From positions 1-64,000 of the IMG/VR virus record IMGVR_UViG_3300032224_000903: a stretch of 64,000 nucleotides of DNA. One strand, given 5' to 3'. Below are positions 27,215 to 37,631 of the stretch, in pieces. Source of the stretch: a virus (lineage: Duplodnaviria; Caudoviricetes). Each line of letters opens with the position of its first letter. Positions within the stretch are counted from its first letter, which is position 1. The notes under the pieces are model-generated. The model was not told the origin of the DNA. It did not search any database and saw only the letters and a list, made by a program, of their open reading frames with translations. The position numbers and the translations under genes are program-made.

Positions 27215-28940
27215 TTAATAAATCTTTTGATAATTGTAGATGTCCTTTTTCGGATAAATGTAAATCATCTACTTTGTTATTTGTTTCTTCTAAAATTCTC
27301 ATATAATTTCTATATGGTATAAAATTTTTAAAACATTCTTTTTTATGATTAATATGACTAAAGTGTTTGAATCTTAACCCAATTTTGTTTGATTCTTCTA
27401 ATTTAGTTTTATTATTATCATCTGCATTTATGATTACCACTTTTAAACCTTTACTAACATCTTCTTTTATTTTTAAAACGTCAATATCGGTATTATAATC
27501 ATATATAACATCACTATTTTTTCTAATTAAATCTTTCAAATCCTCATCGGCGGAACCCCATCTTGAGAAATAAATTGCCAATCTATCATCCTCTATCATT
27601 TCTTCTGACCAAATCCTATCAGGATATTTAATATCATTTTCAACCCAAGTCCAAAAATAAACATTCTCGGTTAGTAAAAGATCTTTAATTATTTTAATGT
27701 AATTATTTATTTCTTTCCACCATACATTATATGTCATTTTATTTAATGCAATTTGATTAGTGGTATTTTTATCTACGTCGTCGTTTTGTTTTGGGTGAGG
27801 ACTAAACGGCATAATGTCAACAAATTCATTCACTTCATTTGCAATTCTAAATCTACTTTCAGTTGTCCACCCAAACACCACAATGTCGTTTTTTTGAATC
27901 TCATTATATTTTTCTAAAAATGTGTCCATTATTGTGTAGTTAGAACAACCACCTTTACCATAATTGATAACATCGACATCTAATTCAGAAGATAATACGT
28001 CCGCAAAGTTTTTAGGTGTATACCCTAATAGATTACTATATTCAACTGACCACTGACTTCCCGCAATATTATGAGATTCAAAAGACTGTGTATGTGAATC
28101 ACCAAATACAAATAATTTTGGTTTTAATTTATCTGTGAGTATTTTTATAATTCTTTCAGCATATAATTTATGGCCATAATAACCAGGATGTAAATCATCG
28201 GTATACCCCTTTAAATCGTGCGATACAGTTAAACCATTAAATCCTGAAAATTGATTTATACAACTATACCCATCAAACTTTAAATCTCTATATTCTAATT
28301 TATCGTAATATTTTTGAAATGGAGTTTGGAGTGTATTGTTATCAAACATATAAAAATATTCAATATCATTAGCATCCAAAAATGAAAATAAACCGGCAAG
28401 TTCTCCTACAAATTTTTTAGTATATGTAACAGGGTTATGATATTTTTCTAAATAGATTTTTACTTCGTTTTCAATCTCACCCTCAAAAAATTTATGATCA
28501 TAATAAATTCCATCTTCGGTTGTTGTTTCTTGTATTTGAATTGATGATATTTTACCTTCATTATCCCATTCATTATCATATCTAACATTGACAATAACGT
28601 AGTCATTTATTTTTTCACAATAAAAATCAATACGATGTACCGGATCTGTTATTTCAAATAAGAATAATGTTTTTCTTGCATTCTCAATTCCAACTTTTTG
28701 AATATGGTTATATGTCATTCTTATTAAACGAGGAGCACCTCCACCTGATTGTGCTTCATGTATCAATTTTGTACTAAAATGATCCGCAATATATTTTGGA
28801 TATGTCACATTCTTTTCATCTCCAATATCAATATTAAGTAATCTTTTATATTCCGTTTTGTTCATTGGTACGTTCATACCCCCACCCGCAGTTAGGGAAG
28901 ACCCATTTACATAAATTGTATTAAATTTCCACCATTTCAT
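27180..28940 (-). CDS. Tandem SGNH-hydrolase-like protein (2 domains)
   Basis: YVNGSSLTAGGG...LHPGYYGH; VFGDSHT...GKGGCSN...LHLSEKGH. Confidence 0.7.
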   Translation of the reverse strand: MKWWKFNTIYVNGSSLTAGGGMNVPMNKTEYKRLLNIDIGDEKNVTYPKYIADHFSTKLIHEAQSGGGAPRLIRMTYNHIQKVGIENARKTLFLFEITDPVHRIDFYCEKINDYVIVNVRYDNEWDNEGKISSIQIQETTTEDGIYYDHKFFEGEIENEVKIYLEKYHNPVTYTKKFVGELAGLFSFLDANDIEYFYMFDNNTLQTPFQKYYDKLEYRDLKFDGYSCINQFSGFNGLTVSHDLKGYTDDLHPGYYGHKLYAERIIKILTDKLKPKLFVFGDSHTQSFESHNIAGSQWSVEYSNLLGYTPKNFADVLSSELDVDVINYGKGGCSNYTIMDTFLEKYNEIQKNDIVVFGWTTESRFRIANEVNEFVDIMPFSPHPKQNDDVDKNTTNQIALNKMTYNVWWKEINNYIKIIKDLLLTENVYFWTWVENDIKYPDRIWSEEMIEDDRLAIYFSRWGSADEDLKDLIRKNSDVIYDYNTDIDVLKIKEDVSKGLKVVIINADDNNKTKLEESNKIGLRFKHFSHINHKKECFKNFIPYRNYMRILEETNNKVDDLHLSEKGHLQLSKDLLNEIKKHSHNLL

Positions 28941-28983
28941 AGTAGTTTAAATATAATTTAAATATTTATAAGAAACAAGTTTT

Positions 28984-29412
28984 GTGAGAATAATCATATC
29001 AGAAGGTCAATTAAAGAAATTAAAAAAATCCATTAAGAAGGTAAAATGTGATAAATGTGGATGGGAATGGGATTTATCCGATGGAGAAAACGACCCCTAT
29101 ACCTGTCACAAATGTGATCACGTTAATAAAGAACAAGAGGTTGATGAGAGAAGTCGTAGTTTTGCATTTACAAGGAAAAAAAGAAAGTTCAGTAAACCCG
29201 AGAGAATGTCCAATCCTTTAAGATATAAAGAAAGTGATAGAATTGAGGAAGAAAAACCTTTAACAAATAAACAAGTTAAAAGTATTGAAGATCTTAATAA
29301 GGACGCTAAATTCCTGACTTGTAAGAATTGTAGAAAGAAGTTCACTCAAACAACACACAAAAACAAGAAGTCTTTACCAATTTGTCCTTATTGTGGGACA
29401 CATAATAACTAA
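28984..29412 (+). CDS. Tagged protein with two Zn ribbons
   Basis: MRIIISEGQL; CDKC..CHKC and CKNC..CPYC; TATTTATA 28963. Confidence 0.75.
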   Translation: MRIIISEGQLKKLKKSIKKVKCDKCGWEWDLSDGENDPYTCHKCDHVNKEQEVDERSRSFAFTRKKRKFSKPERMSNPLRYKESDRIEEEKPLTNKQVKSIEDLNKDAKFLTCKNCRKKFTQTTHKNKKSLPICPYCGTHNN

Positions 29413-29502
29413 TATAATTAAAATAGAATTATACAAATATTTTTATAATTTTTTTGGATATTCCAATAATATCTATATCTTTGTAGTCTAAATTAAAAAA
29501 CT

Positions 29503-29967
29503 ATGAAAAAAGTATTATTGTTAGTATTAGTTACCCTATCGACGTTATGTGGATATTCTCAAGACACAAAACAGTTAATTAAAAGCACTTTTAATGGTGA
29601 ACTTAAAAATGATCAATTTTGTAAAAATGGTTATTATTTTATTACTGTTGACACGGTATTAAAGAAGAATATAATTGAAAACGGTCAATTGGTGTCTACT
29701 TTTGACTATAACGAATACAATAAAAAAAGTGACGTAACTTATAATGTTAATGAAATAATGAAATATTTTGGGTTTAATGAATATTATAACTTAAAAGAAT
29801 TTAAAAATATCCAAACAACAATATTTGGTTTATCAAAAATACATATAAGTGCATTATCAGATAAAAACGGATATACCTATTTAATTGATTGGTGGTTTTC
29901 TGAGGGAAATGATTATACTAAACTAAAAGGAGTTACAATTAGTAAGGTAAATAAAAAGGAGAGTTAA
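29503..29967 (+). CDS. Secreted hypothetical protein
   Basis: Signal peptide MKKVLLLVLVTLSTLCGYSQ; host-type promoter 29454-29483. Confidence 0.75.
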   Translation: MKKVLLLVLVTLSTLCGYSQDTKQLIKSTFNGELKNDQFCKNGYYFITVDTVLKKNIIENGQLVSTFDYNEYNKKSDVTYNVNEIMKYFGFNEYYNLKEFKNIQTTIFGLSKIHISALSDKNGYTYLIDWWFSEGNDYTKLKGVTISKVNKKES

Positions 29968-29980
29968 ACTCTCCTTTTTT
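29953..29980. terminator. Bidirectional terminator
   Basis: aaaaaggagag-ttaaa-ctctcctttttt between convergent genes. Confidence 0.8.
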
Positions 29981-30765
29981 TATTTTTGTGGTTGTTGACC
30001 TTGTTGATTTGGTTGTTGTTTTCCTGTAATGGAATCTAATTCACGAACATAATTATAAATTTCATTTTGTTGTTCTTTTACTTTTTGTTCTCTAGCATAT
30101 GACATAAGAGATTCTCTTAAGTTATTTAAAATATTAGGTTGTGCACGAGAAATTAAATCATATGCGGCCTTAATATTTTGTCCCATACCATAATATAATC
30201 GTAAAAATAATCTGGATAGTTTATCAATGTCACTTGTGTTATCATTAGAAATTTCAAATTTACTAATAACTCCTTGATTTTTATTTAATTTTTGTAAAGC
30301 CGTTTCTATTGAATCTTCGTACAATTCAACAAAAAACGATCTTTCTCCTCGTTGAAATGTTGAATCTTGAATATAATTTACAGTAAAACTTAATCCCGAT
30401 TTTACATCATCCCATTTTCTTTGATAATGATCCGCATCATATTTGCTGGTAAATCTATCATCACCTGCCATATTACGATTATATTTATATGGTTTTAATC
30501 CATCCCCATTTACTGTAATTATTTGAGTTGGGTTTAACTTACTAACAAATATGAATATTTTTTTAGATATATTTTCCAAGATTTCCTTAACTATATAATC
30601 ATTTTTAGTCATTTTCAATGGAGCAATTGAATAATGTTTTGTATTATCTTTTGGTGCCGGTTGATTTGTTGTTTGACCGTTAGATGGAGCCGTTTGTTCT
30701 TGGATAACCTTATTAATCATCAATCTTAATTGGGATTCCGTTAATCTTACTACTTTTTTAGACAT
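29980..30765 (-). CDS. Tagged hypothetical protein
   Basis: MSKKVVRLTESQLRLMINKVIQEQ; TATTTATA on - at 30779-30786. Confidence 0.8.
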   Translation of the reverse strand: MSKKVVRLTESQLRLMINKVIQEQTAPSNGQTTNQPAPKDNTKHYSIAPLKMTKNDYIVKEILENISKKIFIFVSKLNPTQIITVNGDGLKPYKYNRNMAGDDRFTSKYDADHYQRKWDDVKSGLSFTVNYIQDSTFQRGERSFFVELYEDSIETALQKLNKNQGVISKFEISNDNTSDIDKLSRLFLRLYYGMGQNIKAAYDLISRAQPNILNNLRESLMSYAREQKVKEQQNEIYNYVRELDSITGKQQPNQQGQQPQK

Positions 30766-30826
30766 AAATCTTTTAATATATAAATACTATTGTTTTTATA
30801 AATGTATTTATAATAAAAGAAAAATT

Positions 30827-31669
30827 ATGCTATTAAAATTAGGATCTGAAGGAGAAGACGTAAAAAAACTTCAAATTAAGTTAGGGGTTGACCCAATAGG
30901 TAAGTTTGGACCAAAAACCGAAGCGGCGGTTAAAACTTGGCAATCGTCAAATGGTTTAACGGCTGACGGTATTGTTGGGGATGGGTCTTGGTCTAAATTA
31001 TTTGCTGAAAGTACCGTATCAGTACCCACGGTTATTACCGAACCTGCACCCGTTAAAAGTGTAGGTGGATTAAAATTAGAAGCATTAAGAGGACATGTTC
31101 CTGACGCTGTGATAGCTCAAATTCCCGATACTGCTGCTAAATTTGAAATTAATACTCCATTAAGACTTGCACATTTTTTAGCACAATGTGGTCATGAAAG
31201 TGGTGGATTTAGACTAACAAAAGAAAATTTAAACTATTCCGCTAAGGGATTAGTAGGAACATTTAATAAGTATTTTAAAACGGAGGCGGACGCTAAACCG
31301 TACGAAAGACAACCTCAAAAAATTGCAAATAGAGTTTATGGTGGAAGAATGGGTAACGGTCCTGAGTCTTCAGGTGACGGTGCTAAATTCTGTGGACGTG
31401 GTTATATTCAATTAACAGGTAAAGATAACTACACCGCGTTCGGTAAATCAATTAATGAAGATATGTCGGCCAATCCCGATAAAGTTGCTTCATCTTATGC
31501 TTTATTATCTGCGGCTTGGTTTTTTAATAAGAACGGATTACATAAAATGGCAGATGGTGGATCATCTGATGCTGTTGTAACATCTATAACTAAAAGAGTA
31601 AATGGTGGAACAATAGGTCTTGCAGATCGTATTAAACACTTTAAAGAATATTATTCATTACTATCATAA
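30827..31669 (+). CDS. Endolysin: peptidoglycan-binding domain + GH19 lysozyme/chitinase-like domain
   Basis: LKLGSEGEDVKKLQ..DGIVG; LAHFLAQCGHESGGF, ENLNYS, GRGYIQLTGKDNY. Confidence 0.9.
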   Translation: MLLKLGSEGEDVKKLQIKLGVDPIGKFGPKTEAAVKTWQSSNGLTADGIVGDGSWSKLFAESTVSVPTVITEPAPVKSVGGLKLEALRGHVPDAVIAQIPDTAAKFEINTPLRLAHFLAQCGHESGGFRLTKENLNYSAKGLVGTFNKYFKTEADAKPYERQPQKIANRVYGGRMGNGPESSGDGAKFCGRGYIQLTGKDNYTAFGKSINEDMSANPDKVASSYALLSAAWFFNKNGLHKMADGGSSDAVVTSITKRVNGGTIGLADRIKHFKEYYSLLS

Positions 31670-31697
31670 AAAAAGGGACATTAAGTCCCTTTTTTTA
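31668..31697. terminator. Bidirectional terminator
   Basis: A-run gggac-attaa-gtccc T-run. Confidence 0.8.
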
Positions 31698-31698
31698 T

Positions 31699-33333
31699 TT
31701 AATACATTTCTTTTATATCTACGTCTGTTTCTGGATTTAAATCCGTAAATCTACGTGAATCGTCGTCATCATTTTCTTCATCCTTAGGATGCATTTTAGT
31801 ACCCTCTAATTCTGACCATTGTTTAGCACCTATAAAGTGACCACCAGCTAATTCATTATCCTCGTCAATTGGATAAACACAATATAAAGAACGATTATCA
31901 ATTGGACCATTTTCACCTACCACATATGTCTCAACTAAATATGATTTATCTTGGTCATCAACATATAAAATAGTTGAGGATTCTGTGTAATCAGGTTCAA
32001 ATTTAATACCATCATGAATAACCCAATCTACTTTAGCTAAATTGTAAAGACCAAATTTCTTCTTATTCTTTTTGCTTTTATATAATCTAATTTTAGGATT
32101 ATCAATACTTGTTCTAGCCGTGATAAATTCATTTTCCATTAAATGTTGATAAATGAATGCAACACCTAAATCCGATAAACTTTGATTAGAGATTCTTCCG
32201 TTTTGATCCTGTCTTGATCCGACAGATTTAAGAGTATTATCTAATAATCTAAATTCATTACCTGTTTTTTTAATTGCGGACATTAATTCATAAGATGAAA
32301 ATTTATCAACAGCATCTCTGGCAGTTACTGTTAAAATATATAAATTCCTAAGATTGGTGTCCATACTCTTCCAAGATTTCTCAGTTGATACTACACCACC
32401 ACCATCTAAATAAGCCTTTTTTAATTCTCTTCTCGCTGCGGCAAATTCATTTCTACCTGAGGATTCCGTAAGTCTATTTGCCATGTTTCTATCAAATAAC
32501 TCAGCCTCATCGTATGCCACATATTCAAACTTATCTCTATGTTCAGCTAATTGTGGATATATTCTAATAACTTCTTCCCATGATTTAGGATTATCACCAT
32601 CATTTAACATGCTAGTCATTTTAAATCCTGTATAACCATGATCACGTTCACAATATTGTAATGCACAGACATAGTATCTATAAACATCCTTGTTAGGATT
32701 ATCTTTAGGATTTTTAGATTCGTCAATAACAAACCAAAACGTTCTTTTTGGTCTATAGGTTCCCCATAAATTGGAACGAGAATCTGACGTATTTCTACCC
32801 GTTACACACCATTGAACACCTGAATATTTTTCCGCCATTGCTTGTTGGTAAAAACCATATTTAATGGATTCTCTGGCGTCGGATACAAAGTGAACTTTAA
32901 AACCTTCTTCATTAATAACAACATCTCTATCACTTAACCATAATTTCTTAGATGCTGATACCTTCTTTTCGTCAGATGTTAATTTACCTTTAAATTCGTC
33001 CTCATCTCCCGCAGTTAATACTGCATCTCTAAATTCATGTAATAAAGATTCAATTTCTTCTAATGAGTATTGACTAATATCCATTAATTTAGATTGGTCA
33101 AAAACGGGTAATCCATGATTACCGTCGTGTCTCATTAAAAAAGTATAAACCGCAGGATTATTAATGGTTAAACTTTTTTGTTTTTCCGTAAATAATATTA
33201 AATCAGCCTCGGCTTGTTGTATTTGTTCAGGAGTTGGATTATCACCAAACCATTTCTTTAATAGAAAATTAAATAATTTCTTATTCTTTACCTCTTCTAC
33301 TATAACGTCATAAACTAAATCTTGTATGTTCAT
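31699..33333 (-). CDS. Tagged hypothetical protein with WCVT-motif domain
   Basis: MNIQDLVYDVIVEE; VQWCVTGR...TFWFVID. Confidence 0.75.
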   Translation of the reverse strand: MNIQDLVYDVIVEEVKNKKLFNFLLKKWFGDNPTPEQIQQAEADLILFTEKQKSLTINNPAVYTFLMRHDGNHGLPVFDQSKLMDISQYSLEEIESLLHEFRDAVLTAGDEDEFKGKLTSDEKKVSASKKLWLSDRDVVINEEGFKVHFVSDARESIKYGFYQQAMAEKYSGVQWCVTGRNTSDSRSNLWGTYRPKRTFWFVIDESKNPKDNPNKDVYRYYVCALQYCERDHGYTGFKMTSMLNDGDNPKSWEEVIRIYPQLAEHRDKFEYVAYDEAELFDRNMANRLTESSGRNEFAAARRELKKAYLDGGGVVSTEKSWKSMDTNLRNLYILTVTARDAVDKFSSYELMSAIKKTGNEFRLLDNTLKSVGSRQDQNGRISNQSLSDLGVAFIYQHLMENEFITARTSIDNPKIRLYKSKKNKKKFGLYNLAKVDWVIHDGIKFEPDYTESSTILYVDDQDKSYLVETYVVGENGPIDNRSLYCVYPIDEDNELAGGHFIGAKQWSELEGTKMHPKDEENDDDDSRRFTDLNPETDVDIKEMY

Positions 33334-33384
33334 ACTACATAAATATATAATAAATACCTTTTTATTAACTTAAAAACGGGTATA

Positions 33385-33738
33385 TTATTGAGATATGAAC
33401 ATATCTGAACTTGTTAGATTTTTTTTAAGGGTAGATAATTCGTCGGTAACCGATTTTAATAACCTTTCAATCATAAGAACTTTCATTAAACTATCGGCGT
33501 CAGTTGTACTAACGTCATTAGTTTGACCACCAAAAAGAGCTAATTTTATTAAACTATCGGTTTCACTCTTGGATTGTTTCTCTTTTTTTCTTTGAAAATA
33601 CTTTCTTGAATTCTCTCTTGTGCAGTCAATACAATAATTGCTATGACCATCTAAAACCAATTTGTTCTTGTAAAAATTGTCAAGTGTTTTCGGTGTTTTA
33701 CAACCCGAACATCTCTTCTCATTTTTCTCTTCTGACAT
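33385..33738 (-). CDS. Zn-finger + coiled-coil protein
   Basis: RCSGC...F.K......NYCIDC; host-type TACCTTTG at 33762-33769. Confidence 0.7.
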   Translation of the reverse strand: MSEEKNEKRCSGCKTPKTLDNFYKNKLVLDGHSNYCIDCTRENSRKYFQRKKEKQSKSETDSLIKLALFGGQTNDVSTTDADSLMKVLMIERLLKSVTDELSTLKKNLTSSDMFISQ

Positions 33739-33843
33739 AAATCTATTTTTTGATTAAGACACAAAGGTAATGTATATTAAAAGAAAAACCCAAATATCAT
33801 AAAAAATATTTGGGTATAACTTATATTATATTATATTTTAATA

Positions 33844-34146
33844 TTAATTATATTTTATATTTGCACTTTTTGGATTTTTTGGATTAGGACCCCAAATTTC
33901 TGGTTGACCATTTTTAATTGTTACAAATACACCAGTCCCAACAGGAACATTTACTTTTAATTTTACATTGTAATATTTTACATTATTCATTTCGGATGTC
34001 GCTTTGACTTTGGCAATTCCGTTGTTGATTGTAACAATTTTACCTTCATAAGATTCCGTTGTTTGTTCTTGTAAATCCTTATTATCTGTGATTTGATTAT
34101 CAATAATCTTCTTAATTTGACTTTCTGTGAATATATATTTTTTCAT
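33844..34146 (-). CDS. Tagged small beta-barrel-like protein
   Basis: MKKYIFTESQIKKII...LQEQ. Confidence 0.75.
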   Translation of the reverse strand: MKKYIFTESQIKKIIDNQITDNKDLQEQTTESYEGKIVTINNGIAKVKATSEMNNVKYYNVKLKVNVPVGTGVFVTIKNGQPEIWGPNPKNPKSANIKYN

Positions 34147-34147
34147 A

Positions 34148-34477
34148 CTATTTTGTTTTTGGTGTTCTTGGTTTTTTTATGATCGTTGTTTCCAACTTGT
34201 CATTTTCAACCCTAAGAAAATCAACCGTAACTTTAAGTTCAGCCACTTGACGAGTTAAATCTAACACCATTCTTCTTAAATCATCCTTTTCTTTTGCGGC
34301 AGATTCTAATAAAGCTTCTAATTTAGAGATACGATCTTTACAGTCATGTCTAATAAAGTCTTCGTCTCTTTCCTTATGCATTGCTCTTTTCTCATAGAAT
34401 CTCCAAGCACTTGCCGATCCTAAAACGGTAACTACTGTACCTAAAACCGCCCAAAGGGTATTAATATCTGCTGCCAT
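34148..34477 (-). CDS. Single-TM coiled-coil protein, holin-like
   Basis: N-terminal TM LWAVLGTVVTVLGSASAW then coiled coil; TATTTATA on - at 34484. Confidence 0.55.
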   Translation of the reverse strand: MAADINTLWAVLGTVVTVLGSASAWRFYEKRAMHKERDEDFIRHDCKDRISKLEALLESAAKEKDDLRRMVLDLTRQVAELKVTVDFLRVENDKLETTIIKKPRTPKTK

Positions 34478-34698
34478 AGTTCTTATAAATATAAAAATAA
34501 AAATAAAAATTAACTTTTCAGGGTTTATTGGTCCAATAATGGGAAAAAATTTTTACCTGACAAATAGACACCCTATTTTTAGGTGTTTTTACAATATATA
34601 ACTTATTTATTTTTGTTGTCGGGGGACAAAATAAACTAATATAAATTAATATACGGGAGATTTCACAAACTCCCCTTTTTTATGTATATTATACAATT

Positions 34699-35367
34699 AT
34701 GATTATCTATTCAAATGGTTGTTCACATACACACGTACATTGTGTTGAGAAAGATGAAATATGGTCAAGTTTAATAATGAAACATTTTACCAATGACTAT
34801 TTTATGTTTATATCCAGTACAAATTCATTTAATTTGAGCGATACTGATAAGAAAAACATATTAATAAACGAATCGAGATGTGGTGCAGGTAATGATCATA
34901 TTTTTCATAGAACATTAGAAACGTTAACATATTTGATACAAAATAATAAAAAGCCAGATTATGTTTTGATACAATGGTCAGGTCCGAATAGAAGACAACA
35001 TTGTTTACCTAATGGAGAAATGAAAAATGTAAATTTACACGATAATATAGAATATCATGTTAAATTTGAACCAATGGGTAGTTTACATACATTACATTAT
35101 ATTTTTTCATTACAAGAATTTTTAAAAAAAGAAAATATAAAATATTGTTTTTTTAATTATATGGAGTTAGATAAATCAATAAAATATAATTCAATTTATA
35201 ATGAAATAGATATGGATAATTTTATTGATTTTGGATTAGGTAAAAACATTTTAACTACGGGGATATTGGAAATGATGAAAGAAAAGGGATTTAGTTGTGA
35301 CGACCTCGGACATCCAAATAAAAAGGGTAATGAATTTATTGCAAATGAAATATTAAAAAAATTATGA
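34699..35367 (+). CDS. SGNH-hydrolase-like protein
   Basis: YSNGCSHT, CGAGNDHI, IQWS...R, GHPNKKGN; TATATTATA 34685. Confidence 0.7.
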   Translation: MIIYSNGCSHTHVHCVEKDEIWSSLIMKHFTNDYFMFISSTNSFNLSDTDKKNILINESRCGAGNDHIFHRTLETLTYLIQNNKKPDYVLIQWSGPNRRQHCLPNGEMKNVNLHDNIEYHVKFEPMGSLHTLHYIFSLQEFLKKENIKYCFFNYMELDKSIKYNSIYNEIDMDNFIDFGLGKNILTTGILEMMKEKGFSCDDLGHPNKKGNEFIANEILKKL

Positions 35368-35915
35368 GTAAGATAATTAACTTTTTCGGTGGTCCTGGCA
35401 TAGGTAAATCCACACAAGCATCAGGTTTATTTACCGAGATGAAAAAACACCATATGAGTGTTGAATATACATATGAGTTTCCAAAAGAAGTTGCGTGGGA
35501 AGGAAATGTATCTCAATTAAAAGACCAATTCTTCATCACCGCAAATCAACATAGAAACATTAGTCGTCTTTATGGTAAGGTAGATTATATTATTGTTGAT
35601 TCACCTATAGTATTGGGTTGTTTCTACGAACAACGATATGGTGAAGGTTATCCAGCATCACACTACTCAATGTCAGGTTTAAGTAATTTCCTTTGGTCTT
35701 TATTTAAGAGATATGACAACATAAACATATTACTAAAAAGAAATGATGAGACATATGATACAAATGGTAGACTTCAGGACCTACAGGAAGCTATTGAAAT
35801 TGATGAGGACATTAAACAAACATTGGATGTTAATAACATACCTTATAGTGAATTTATTGTTCATAATAACACTGCTTTGGAGATTTACGAGTATTTAAAA
35901 GAAAGCAATTTATGA
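35364..35915 (+). CDS. P-loop NTPase / nucleotide kinase-like (AAA_28/NadR-like)
   Basis: GGPGIGKST Walker A; IVDSP. Confidence 0.8.
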   Translation: MSKIINFFGGPGIGKSTQASGLFTEMKKHHMSVEYTYEFPKEVAWEGNVSQLKDQFFITANQHRNISRLYGKVDYIIVDSPIVLGCFYEQRYGEGYPASHYSMSGLSNFLWSLFKRYDNINILLKRNDETYDTNGRLQDLQEAIEIDEDIKQTLDVNNIPYSEFIVHNNTALEIYEYLKESNL

Positions 35916-36571
35916 GGAAAAATTTAGGTTCTTATATTGGAATTACATTAATGACTATTATGTTATTAACAATCACAGTGTTCACTTTCGCACAAGACGT
36001 AGTAGTTTTAAAACATACAAATTACACTTCACATTATTCAAAATCAAAGAAATATCCAGTAATGGTTGAGTGGTGGATTACTAAAGCTAAAATAGGTTGT
36101 CCCACACCATTAGCAAGAAAAGACAATTTTAAACCTGACCCAAAATTACCAAATGAAACTGATTTACTTGAAGATTATAAGGGTTCAGGTACTGATAGGG
36201 GGCATATGATGCCAGCGGCCGAGAACTTATGTCAAACACCCGAAGTCCAAGATGAGTGTTTCTATTTCTCCAATATGGCGGCACAATATCACTCATTAAA
36301 TGCTGGAGATTGGAAATCTGTTGAGATGTTAGAAAGACAAATATCAATGGAAAGTGATAGTGTTCATATTTGGTGTGGTAATTTTGGTGAAGCTAAAAGA
36401 ATAGGTAGAGTTGCGGTTCCAACTAATTGTTGGAAAGTTATATATGTGGTTAAAACCAAAGAATGGTTTTGTTATTTGTTTGATAATAACACATCAAAAC
36501 CTGACGGTATTAATAACAATAGAGTCGATAAATCAGACATTGAAAAACTAACACATTTTAAATTTAAATAA
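35912..36571 (+). CDS. Secreted DNA/RNA non-specific endonuclease (NucA/EndA family)
   Basis: DRGHMMPA, SNMAAQ...LNAG.WK..E; N-terminal signal or anchor. Confidence 0.9.
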   Translation: MRKNLGSYIGITLMTIMLLTITVFTFAQDVVVLKHTNYTSHYSKSKKYPVMVEWWITKAKIGCPTPLARKDNFKPDPKLPNETDLLEDYKGSGTDRGHMMPAAENLCQTPEVQDECFYFSNMAAQYHSLNAGDWKSVEMLERQISMESDSVHIWCGNFGEAKRIGRVAVPTNCWKVIYVVKTKEWFCYLFDNNTSKPDGINNNRVDKSDIEKLTHFKFK

Positions 36572-36780
36572 TGTTAAATAAGGAATTAGTAAATTATCAG
36601 GATAGACTTTTTTATATCTTTAAAAAATTAAAACAAGACCGTATTGTAGAAGGTTCTGTTAATGATTTAAAGGAACATTGGGGTTGTGATGTTGTAGTTA
36701 AAAGTAGAATTAATAATGACGATACACTTCTTTTTTTAATAGAAATTCCCGAGGCTGAGATTGTGAAAGATATAATATAA
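36571..36780 (+). CDS. Small hypothetical protein
   Basis: 69 aa, translationally coupled to the previous gene. Confidence 0.65.
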   Translation: MLNKELVNYQDRLFYIFKKLKQDRIVEGSVNDLKEHWGCDVVVKSRINNDDTLLFLIEIPEAEIVKDII

Positions 36781-37173
36781 TTACATATTTTTCTTAATAT
36801 GTTTTAAACATATATTAGTATATTTTTCTTCATTACGTTTAGCCTCTTTCTCCAATGGATTTTGAGAATAATAATGAGTTTTTTCGTAATTTCTATATTT
36901 TGTACGAGATTGTAAATAATGAGTATATTCATGTATCATAGTTGCTACAATATCATGTATTGTGGTGTTATTAGGTAGGTATAAGGTTATTGTGTTCCTC
37001 CAAAAACAGTAGTTTCCGTAAATTTCAGAATTCCCCATTTTTCTTTTTCTTTCACTAACTTTAAAGATTAATTTTCTCCTTTTTCTATCGCACAGACCAA
37101 AATACTTCTCACACCACTTCAAAGTTTGCTTTGCGTAGTATGTTTTGGATCCTATGTCGATAGTTCTAGCCAT
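36781..37173 (-). CDS. Small HExxH metallopeptidase-like protein
   Basis: TMIHEYTHYLQ...NPLEKEA. Confidence 0.7.
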   Translation of the reverse strand: MARTIDIGSKTYYAKQTLKWCEKYFGLCDRKRRKLIFKVSERKRKMGNSEIYGNYCFWRNTITLYLPNNTTIHDIVATMIHEYTHYLQSRTKYRNYEKTHYYSQNPLEKEAKRNEEKYTNICLKHIKKNM

Positions 37174-37525
37174 TGTTTTTATCTATTTTAATCGTCCTGG
37201 TTGTTCTTTTAGTTGGTTTTGAGGTTACGTCATTAACCGCGTCAAAGTTCTCAGCAATGTCGTTTAGAATTGCAGCAAACTCATAATTCTCCGATTCTTC
37301 GTTCTTCTTCCAAAGAACACTAACGAAACTCCTTAATTCTAAATCTGTCAGTTTGGCTCTTACTTTAACTGCATTTTTCATCAGTTTTAAGACCATGTAC
37401 TGAACACCTAATTTCTTATCTTGATTTAAGGAGAAGTAATTACTGATCGTCACATTAGATAAAATCGACGCCGATACATTCTCCAAAAATGAAATGAACG
37501 ACGGATGGTTAATGTTTACATTCAT
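37166..37525 (-). CDS. Hypothetical protein
   Basis: 119 aa ORF. Confidence 0.7.
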   Translation of the reverse strand: MNVNINHPSFISFLENVSASILSNVTISNYFSLNQDKKLGVQYMVLKLMKNAVKVRAKLTDLELRSFVSVLWKKNEESENYEFAAILNDIAENFDAVNDVTSKPTKRTTRTIKIDKNNG

Positions 37526-37631
37526 AAGTCTTTTCGTTTTTAATAAATACTTTTATTTTTGTTCTAAAAATGGAAAAGGGGATAAGTTTTTATTAACTTA
37601 ACCCCTTGACCTTCAATTTATGAAATATTCA

